Below the pieces are notes generated by a model. It ran no database searches. It was not told the DNA's origin and worked only from the letters and a program-made list of their open reading frames with translations. Positions 57,746-64,000 of a stretch of DNA of 64,000 nt are shown piece by piece (the stretch's first letter is position 1; every line of letters begins with the position of its first letter). The translations under genes were made by a program, and so were the position numbers. Source of the stretch: an uncultured bacterium (lineage in GTDB: Bacteria > Babelota > Babeliae > Babelales > Babelaceae); assembly GCA_963717435.1 (NCBI GenBank), contig OY970332.1, positions 960,001 through 1,024,000 of the forward strand. The letters run 5' to 3'.

Positions 57746-60058
57746 ATGAAGTTCTTCGATTACTTTAAAAAAATATTTTTTGCTTCTTTGTCGATATTAA
57801 CAGGCGCGTTAATATTAGTTTCGATATTATCTTATAACCACAGTGATCCAACATTTTTTTATGACACAAGTGAGCCCGTAGTTATAAATAATCTTGCAGG
57901 GGCGCTGGGCGCAAACTTAGCTGCGATATTATTATATATATTTGGTTTGCCCGCACTTTTATTGGTTTTTGTATTTGCATTTTTTGCCATAATCGCATTC
58001 GGTGTCACCAATTTTAAAAACGAGTGGGATAGAATAGTTGGCCTATTTGTTTTAATTTTGGCAAGTTCGATTTTATCAAGATTAATAGGCTTTGAGTTTT
58101 TCAAGTCTGTCTCACCTGGTGGATTTGTGGGTTTTTTTGTTACAAAAAACTTAGAACTTAAAGATCCGATATATTCATATTTGCTTGTATATTCTATGTT
58201 GTCGTGTTCGCTTGTACTTATATTTAGATTCTCTTGGATCACCAGATTTAAGCTTAACTTTAATATTTTGAAATATTTGGGGATATCTGGGTATCTAGAA
58301 TCTTTAAAAAATAAAATTAAAGATATTTATGGATCTGGTTGGGACTACTCTTATCTCTTTTGGAACAAAGTTTATTTAAAGACCCAAGATGATTCAACAA
58401 AAGTTGCTGCAAATATTAAAGATGTTTTAATTGCGGCGCAAGAAATTGCCAGCAATAAAACTACTGACTTTTTGGGCGCTATTCAGCAAAATTTTTCTGG
58501 AAATATGGGAATTAATTCCCCGGTAGGCGACAACTCTTTTGGCGAAAACTTAAAAGATAATAATAAACTTGAAAAAATTAATTTTGATTTTGATGGCGCA
58601 GATTTAAGCTTAGATAAAAATTTTGATAAAAACTTTTTAGATTCAGAAAAAAAAGATTATATTCTGCCCGATACAACTCTGCTTGATGTTCCTGCACAAA
58701 CTTTTACTAACTTAATTGCAATAGAGCGGGAAAGTGAAAAACGGGCAGCAGTTTTACAAGAAAAATTAGAATGCTTTGGTATTAACGGCAAAATAAGAAC
58801 AGTAACTGTCGGTCCTGTTGTAACACTATTTGAATATCAGCCGAGTTTGGACACAAAAATTAGTAATATTTTGGCCCGCGAAAATGATCTAGCGTTGGCG
58901 CTTCAGGCCGTTAGTCTAAGAATTATAGCACCGATTCCAGGAAAATCTGTTGTCGGATTTGAAGTCGCAAACTTAACAAGAAAGCCCGTGCTCTTTTCAG
59001 AAGGGGCACAATCAGAAGCTTTTATTAAGTTCAGGGGCAAACTGCCAATTCTTTTGGGAAAATCTACCAAAGGGGTCGATACTGTAATAGATCTTGCAAC
59101 AACGCCCCACTTGTTGGTTGCCGGTTCAACAGGTGCGGGTAAATCTGTTGCGTTAAATACTATGCTGATTAGTTTGCTTTTCAAATTAAAGCCGTCAGAA
59201 TTAAAACTTATTTTGATAGATCCCAAGCGCTTAGAGTTTGCATCTTACGTAGATATTCCGCACTTAATGTTCCCAGTTATCAATGACGTTCAAGAGGCGA
59301 TAGCCGCGTTGCATTTTGTTGTGACACTTATGGACGAACGATATAAAAAGATGGCGGCCCACGGCGTAAGAAATATTGATGAGTATAATAACTTGGCAGA
59401 AGAACAAACTAACCCGGACACAAAATTAAACACTATGCCATTCTTGGTTGTAGTGATAGACGAACTTGCTGATCTTATGATCAAAGCCGGCAGAGATGTC
59501 GAATATCTTATTGTAAGAATTTCCCAAATGGCTCGCGCTGCTGGGATTCATATGATTGTTGCAACACAAAGACCGTCAGTTGATGTCGTGACGGGTCTAA
59601 TAAAAGTTAACTTTACAAGTAGAGTCGCATTTAAAGTAACCTCAAAAATAGATTCAAGAACAATACTTGACTGCTCAGGTGCTGATAAGCTCTTGGGTAA
59701 AGGCGACATGTTGTATCTAGACACCCAGGGTAACTTAAACAGACTCCACGGTTTTTATACAAGTAATAAAGAGATAGAAAATATTATCGAATTTATAAAA
59801 TCACAACAAGAACCTGATTATTCCCATTTAGAGCCACAATTGCAACAGATTGGTTCTATAGAAAAATCTGCGCAAGATGACATGCTGCTAACACAAGTTG
59901 TCGAATTTATTAAATCTCGTGACGAAGTCTCAATATCTCTTTTGCAAAGACAGTTTAAAATAGGATATAATAAGTCTGCACGCATAATGGAAATGTTAGA
60001 ATCTCAGGGGCACATAGCTCCGCAAACTACAGGCAAAATGCGTAAGGTTATTCACTAA
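57746..60058 (+). CDS. ftsK: DNA translocase FtsK
   Basis: N-terminal TMs, PHLLVAGSTGAGKS, DELADLM, ATQRPSVDV and a gamma domain. Confidence 0.96.
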   Translation: MKFFDYFKKIFFASLSILTGALILVSILSYNHSDPTFFYDTSEPVVINNLAGALGANLAAILLYIFGLPALLLVFVFAFFAIIAFGVTNFKNEWDRIVGLFVLILASSILSRLIGFEFFKSVSPGGFVGFFVTKNLELKDPIYSYLLVYSMLSCSLVLIFRFSWITRFKLNFNILKYLGISGYLESLKNKIKDIYGSGWDYSYLFWNKVYLKTQDDSTKVAANIKDVLIAAQEIASNKTTDFLGAIQQNFSGNMGINSPVGDNSFGENLKDNNKLEKINFDFDGADLSLDKNFDKNFLDSEKKDYILPDTTLLDVPAQTFTNLIAIERESEKRAAVLQEKLECFGINGKIRTVTVGPVVTLFEYQPSLDTKISNILARENDLALALQAVSLRIIAPIPGKSVVGFEVANLTRKPVLFSEGAQSEAFIKFRGKLPILLGKSTKGVDTVIDLATTPHLLVAGSTGAGKSVALNTMLISLLFKLKPSELKLILIDPKRLEFASYVDIPHLMFPVINDVQEAIAALHFVVTLMDERYKKMAAHGVRNIDEYNNLAEEQTNPDTKLNTMPFLVVVIDELADLMIKAGRDVEYLIVRISQMARAAGIHMIVATQRPSVDVVTGLIKVNFTSRVAFKVTSKIDSRTILDCSGADKLLGKGDMLYLDTQGNLNRLHGFYTSNKEIENIIEFIKSQQEPDYSHLEPQLQQIGSIEKSAQDDMLLTQVVEFIKSRDEVSISLLQRQFKIGYNKSARIMEMLESQGHIAPQTTGKMRKVIH

Positions 60059-60084
60059 AATATCAGATCTAATGTGGAGTTCAG

Positions 60085-61485
60085 ATGCAGTTCGGGCAAG
60101 AGTTTTTTGCTTCAGTTCTAAAAGAAGCTGAGTTTTATGGCGCCAAAATGCCACAACCGGCTTTTTTTTGTGTAGATTCTAGAAAAATAAAACCTAATAA
60201 TATATTTGTGGCGATTAATGGCCAGAAATCAGACGGGCATGATTTTATAGAAAATTCAATAAATTTGGGCGCCGGTGGAATTATAATCTCCGAAACTCGT
60301 CAAGACGTGCTTGCAAAATTAACTGAAGATCAGAAAAAAAATTTGTTTATAGCTGTCGTCAAAGATCCACAATCAGCGTTAATTAAACTTGCAACAGAAT
60401 GGCGATTAAAGTTTAATATCCCAATTATTGGCATTACAGGCTCCGTGGGTAAAACTTCAACAAAACAGATTTTGAGTAACATCTGTGATGCTGCCGGGAT
60501 AAATTATATGTCTGCGGAGGGGAACCAAAATACCGCCCTTGGAATATCTATGAATATGTTGAAAATAACTGATCAACATAAACTGGCAATATTTGAGATG
60601 GGTATAAGCAAACCCGGGGAGATGGCGCGCATGGCACAAGTTGTTAAGCCAACCATTGGTGTTATAACTTGTATCGGGCACAGCCACATGGAAGGTTTGG
60701 GCTCACTTTCTGATATAGCAGGCGAAAAGCGTGAAATATTTAAATATTTTAATGACAATAATTTTGGCATAATTAACGGCGATCAGCCAGTTTTGTCTGC
60801 AATATCTTATAACCACCAGATAGTTAAATTCGGCCAGAAAACCTCAAATCAGATTCAGGCCAGAAAAATAAATATAAGCAGTGATAGTTTAACTTTTGTG
60901 CTTAAACTGTATAATAAAAAATATAATATAGCTCTGGACAGTAATAATAAAGCACGTGTTATGAACGCACTTTCTGCCAGTTCTGTAGCGCATGTCTTGG
61001 GCATAAAAGACGAGTTTATAATAACTGGTATCACTAAGCCATTAAGTATACCAGGCAGATTCGATAAAAAACTGCTAAAAAACGGGACCGGCGAAATTGT
61101 TGGCGAGATTATTAACGACGCCTATAACGCAAGCCCTGAAAGCATGAAAGCTGCGCTTGAAGCGTTTGATAAAATTAATTTTAATGGGCAAAAAATAGCA
61201 GTTATTGGCGATATGTTAGAACTTGGTGTTAATAGCTCTTTCTGGCACCGTCAAATTGGAAGATTTTTAAAAAGATTGCCTTCAGTTAATCAAGTGTTGC
61301 TGGTAGGCAACCAGGTTAAATGGGCACAAAAAACAGCCCCGATAAATATTAAAATCGATTGCGTGTTAAATTGGCAAGAAGCTGTTAAAATATTAAATAA
61401 TAAGTTAAATAAAAACTCTTTGGTTCTTGTAAAAGCATCGCAGGGTATGCAATTACAAAAACTTGTGGAAGAATTCTCTCAATGA
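60085..61485 (+). CDS. murF: UDP-N-acetylmuramoyl-tripeptide--D-alanyl-D-alanine ligase
   Basis: DSR, DGHDF, ITGSVGKTSTK, FEMGIS, INDAYNASPESM, GDMLELG and LVKAS. Confidence 0.95.
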   Translation: MQFGQEFFASVLKEAEFYGAKMPQPAFFCVDSRKIKPNNIFVAINGQKSDGHDFIENSINLGAGGIIISETRQDVLAKLTEDQKKNLFIAVVKDPQSALIKLATEWRLKFNIPIIGITGSVGKTSTKQILSNICDAAGINYMSAEGNQNTALGISMNMLKITDQHKLAIFEMGISKPGEMARMAQVVKPTIGVITCIGHSHMEGLGSLSDIAGEKREIFKYFNDNNFGIINGDQPVLSAISYNHQIVKFGQKTSNQIQARKINISSDSLTFVLKLYNKKYNIALDSNNKARVMNALSASSVAHVLGIKDEFIITGITKPLSIPGRFDKKLLKNGTGEIVGEIINDAYNASPESMKAALEAFDKINFNGQKIAVIGDMLELGVNSSFWHRQIGRFLKRLPSVNQVLLVGNQVKWAQKTAPINIKIDCVLNWQEAVKILNNKLNKNSLVLVKASQGMQLQKLVEEFSQ

Positions 61486-62378
61486 CAAAAATAGAAAACA
61501 AAGTTTATCACAAATCTGTATTGGTTGATGAAGTAGTTAAATATTTGGCGCCAAAACCGGGCGGGGTATACGTTGACTGTACTTTTGGTGGTGGCGGTCA
61601 TACCCGCGCAATACTTCAAGCGGAACCAAAATGTAAAGTTATAGCGTTTGATTGGGATAAAGTTGCCATAGAAAAAAATGGACCAGCATTGCTTGAAGAA
61701 TTTGGGAATAGACTAGAGATTGTCTGGGGAAATTTTTCACATATATATTATCTTTTAAAAGATATGGGAATTAAAGAAGTCGACGGGATTTTAGCAGATT
61801 TTGGTACTTCCCAGTATCAAATAACTGAACAAGCCGGATTTTCATTTTCAAGGGAAACCCCACTTGATATGCGAATGTCTGTCTCCCATGGTCAAGTTAC
61901 CGCATATTGGTATGTTAACAGGGCACCAGAAAGTGACTTAGTATCTATATTTAGTGAATATGGGCAAGAAAGATATTCACGACGAATAGCCCGTGCAATT
62001 TGTGAATACAGACAACACAAAGATATCAAAACCACTTTGGATCTGGCTGAAATTATAAAACGGGCCGTTCCAAGTTATAAATCAAAAATCCACCCTGCAA
62101 CCAGAGTGTTTCAGGCTTTAAGAATTGTTGTAAATAAAGAACTTGAACATATAAAAACTTTGTTATTACAGTCTGTTAATACACTTTCAAATAACGGCAG
62201 AATAGTTTGCATCAGTTTTCATTCATTAGAAGACAGAATTGTTAAGCAGTTCTTTAAAGAACATAAATCAGAATTTGAAATTTTGACGCCAAAAGTGGTG
62301 GTGCCGACAGAAGAAGAAGTGCACCGAAATCCATCTTCCAGAAGCTCAAAGCTGCGCGCCGCCGAACGGCATAAATAG
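61482..62378 (+). CDS. rsmH: 16S rRNA m4C1402 methyltransferase
   Basis: HKSVL, DCTFGGGGH, PLDMRM, HPATRVFQALRI and SFHSLEDRIVK. Confidence 0.97.
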   Translation: MTKIENKVYHKSVLVDEVVKYLAPKPGGVYVDCTFGGGGHTRAILQAEPKCKVIAFDWDKVAIEKNGPALLEEFGNRLEIVWGNFSHIYYLLKDMGIKEVDGILADFGTSQYQITEQAGFSFSRETPLDMRMSVSHGQVTAYWYVNRAPESDLVSIFSEYGQERYSRRIARAICEYRQHKDIKTTLDLAEIIKRAVPSYKSKIHPATRVFQALRIVVNKELEHIKTLLLQSVNTLSNNGRIVCISFHSLEDRIVKQFFKEHKSEFEILTPKVVVPTEEEVHRNPSSRSSKLRAAERHK

Positions 62379-62404
62379 TTTTTGTTAGCAGTTTTTTTAC
62401 GTAA

Positions 62405-62433
62405 TTGACAACGCTGGTTAAACTCTCTAGAAT
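62405..62433 (+). promoter_or_regulatory. putative sigma70 promoter for spoVG and tRNA-Gln
   Basis: TTGACA-17bp-TAGAAT. Confidence 0.65.
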
Positions 62434-62472
62434 GAGACCAATTGTTTCGATTACTAAAAAAGGATTGCTACG

Positions 62473-62744
62473 ATGAAAATAACAGAAGTTAAAGTTTTTC
62501 CCTCACAAAAAAGTGGAAGCTCAAAGCTTATGCAACAATGGTCTTTGAAAATGCATTTATAGTGAGAGATCTGAAAGTGATTGAAGGAAACAAGGGTTTG
62601 TTTGTTTCTATGCCTTCAAGACGTCGCAAAGACGGCACTTTTAGAGATATAGTTCACCCACTTAACTCAGATATGCGGAAAAACATTGAAGAAGCTATAA
62701 TTTTAGAGTATAATAATGTCCATAGCGTCGAAGTAGACGAGTAA
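62473..62744 (+). CDS. spoVG: SpoVG family protein (one-base frameshift near 62518)
   Basis: MKITEVKVFP...LKAYATMVFENAFIVRDLKVIEGNKGLFVSMPSRR...FRDIVHP. Confidence 0.9.
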
Positions 62745-62776
62745 TCTTGAAATCAAAATTCTAAGAAATATCTTTT

Positions 62777-62851
62777 TGGGGCGTCGCCAAGCGGTAAGGC
62801 ACCAGGTTTTGGTCCTGGCATTCGGAGGTTCGAATCCTTCCGCCCCAGCCA
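62777..62851 (+). tRNA. tRNA-Gln(TTG)
   Basis: Anticodon arm ccagg-ttTTGgt-cctgg; encoded CCA. Confidence 0.97.
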
Positions 62852-63010
62852 GCCTTCGCTCGTTCCGAGCTACGGCTGGGCAAGCCAGCCACGACGAAGC
62901 TTGAAAAGCGTAGGCGGGCGAGACTCAATAAAAAAATAACTTATTTAGCAAAAGTGAGCGAAGGCTGTCACGCTGTAGTAAGCGAGCATAAGCGAGACAC
63001 GAAAGCGGAC
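62849..63010. repeat. cluster of REP-like palindromes starting at the tRNA-Gln CCA
   Basis: CCAgcc-ttcgctcgttccgagctac-ggcTGG-gcaagcc, then cgaagcttgaaaagcgtagg and gcgaaggctgtcacgctgtagt...cgaaagcggac. Confidence 0.75.
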
Positions 63011-63035
63011 CTCACTTGAAAATTCCAAGAAAATA

Positions 63036-63275
63036 ATGTTTTACGTATATATACTTAATTCTATCAAAGATAATGCTCGGATGTATGTTGGGATTACCAA
63101 CGATCTTAAAAATAGAATAAAAGAGCATAATTCTGGCGAATCAATTCATACTGACAAATATTCACCATGGAAACTTATGACATATATAGCCTTTGATTCC
63201 AAAGAAAAAGCATTTTCATTCGAACGCTATTTAAAGTCTGGTTCTGGCAGATCTTTTGCCAAGAGGCATTTGTAG
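63036..63275 (+). CDS. small GIY-YIG nuclease (UPF0213-like)
   Basis: FYVYIL..., YVGITNDL..R..EHNSG, T..Y.PW.L and A..FERYLKSGSGR. Confidence 0.92.
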   Translation: MFYVYILNSIKDNARMYVGITNDLKNRIKEHNSGESIHTDKYSPWKLMTYIAFDSKEKAFSFERYLKSGSGRSFAKRHL

Positions 63276-63338
63276 AATTAAAAAAAATTAACCGGAGATA
63301 AAAACTCCTGTTTTGTTTTGCGAAAAATTTATTGATAA

Positions 63339-63590
63339 TTAACGATTGGGGCAGCCTGGCCAGCAGCAGGGACGCCGCTTTCCATTCTCAAGGCTTGAAC
63401 AACCCCACTCGATTCTGTGCTTTCTAGTTTCCGATTTTTTCGCTGATTCAATCCAGCATATCCACTCATTGCGCGAAAGTGGAGTGATATCCTCCCACGT
63501 AGCCAATGCCTTTGGGTTGGATATAAGCGCTTCTTTCAGATCTTCGGGCAGCTCATGCACTGTCCCGCTAGAAATCTTTTTTTGCGTCAT
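63339..63590 (-). CDS. YdeI/OmpD-associated family protein
   Basis: ELPEDL..AL...ALATWEDITPLSRNEWICWIESAKKSETR..RI and RRPCCWPGC. Confidence 0.85.
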   Translation of the reverse strand: MTQKKISSGTVHELPEDLKEALISNPKALATWEDITPLSRNEWICWIESAKKSETRKHRIEWGCSSLENGKRRPCCWPGCPNR

Positions 63591-63661
63591 GGATCAGATA
63601 ATCCTAAGTAAGAATCTGTTTATAATTTTTTAAATATAGTTCTTAAGATACTATCGATGCG

Positions 63662-63714
63662 ATGGATTTGCAATTTGCCATAGGACTATACTATGATTCA
63701 AGTTGCAAATCCAT
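63662..63714. repeat. long intergenic inverted repeat
   Basis: atggatttgcaatttg...caagttgcaaatccat with an inner catag/ctatg stem. Confidence 0.7.
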
Positions 63715-63785
63715 AATGTGATCTAAGCAAAAAATTTATCAAACTCCGCTATTACACCTGAAGGAATAAAAAATTTCCTCAACTC

Positions 63786-63814
63786 TTGACTTCCCCCCCC
63801 CCATTAATTACAAT
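63786..63814 (+). promoter_or_regulatory. sigma70-like promoter with a C10 tract in the spacer
   Basis: TTGACT-(t C10 attaat = 17bp)-TACAAT. Confidence 0.65.
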
Positions 63815-63870
63815 TAGAAATGTAGGGCGGGAGTGTTGTTCAATATAAATATTTTTAGAAGGGATGTTTT

Positions 63871-64000
63871 ATGTCACGAAGCGTTAAGTATCTTGCTATT
63901 ACTTTAGCAACAATTATACAGGTTCTTCCAATATTCTCTAAAACATGTAGAGACTTTAGTGATCTTGGAAAGTACTTAGGATCTCATGAGGTCAAGGTTT
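63871..64000 (+). CDS. partial ORF with signal peptide, runs off the window end
   Basis: MSRSVKYLAITLATIIQVLPIFSKTCRD..., open to the end; GAAGGGA RBS. Confidence 0.55.
   Translation, partial: MSRSVKYLAITLATIIQVLPIFSKTCRDFSDLGKYLGSHEVKV

Noticed and set aside
62500-62525. Programmed -1 frameshift in spoVG at caaaaaag
   Set aside because: The A6G run is not in the X XXY YYZ phase, and one missing base at ggaagc restores a normal G(K/R)LKAYA sequence, so an assembly indel is more likely.
63346-63633. 95-aa plus-strand ORF
   Set aside because: Antisense to the recognisable YdeI/OmpD-associated gene.

Overview
AT-rich bacterial chromosomal segment. Gene content and order suggest a reduced-genome protist parasite such as Ca. 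Dependentiae/Babelota (TM6); this is an inference. Housekeeping genes: rpsT, PBP2, Xer-like recombinase, nth, plsC, a BatA-E-like vWA/TPR cluster, M23 peptidase, lepB, an ABC-2 exporter, HU, a GspE/PilB ATPase, ppsA, galU, pheS, gyrA (heavily frameshifted as sequenced), dprA, rpmF, gltX, a degenerate fabD, acpP, uppP, ftsK, murF, rsmH, spoVG and four tRNAs (Cys, Leu, Phe, Gln). Accessory content: a small nuclease island (Cas4-like, membrane-anchored Mrr, a putative PD-ExT nuclease between two copies of the PBP2 3' end), secreted paralog arrays, clostripain, and WD40 and ankyrin-like proteins. Most interesting: (1) a dispersed GC-rich REP-like palindrome family whose left arm is the tRNA CCA end in 3 of 4 tRNAs, densest directly upstream of a small GIY-YIG nuclease; (2) four tandem Cys-rich putative outer-membrane barrel paralogs, at least three with their own promoter-like site and one with high-expression codon bias; (3) a C10 tract in a sigma70 promoter spacer and an A10 tract splitting an M23 peptidase; (4) a catalytically degenerate FabD beside ACP. 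Clustered frameshifts in gyrA, spoVG and the sigma54-like gene suggest local assembly errors, so single-indel observations need read-level confirmation.
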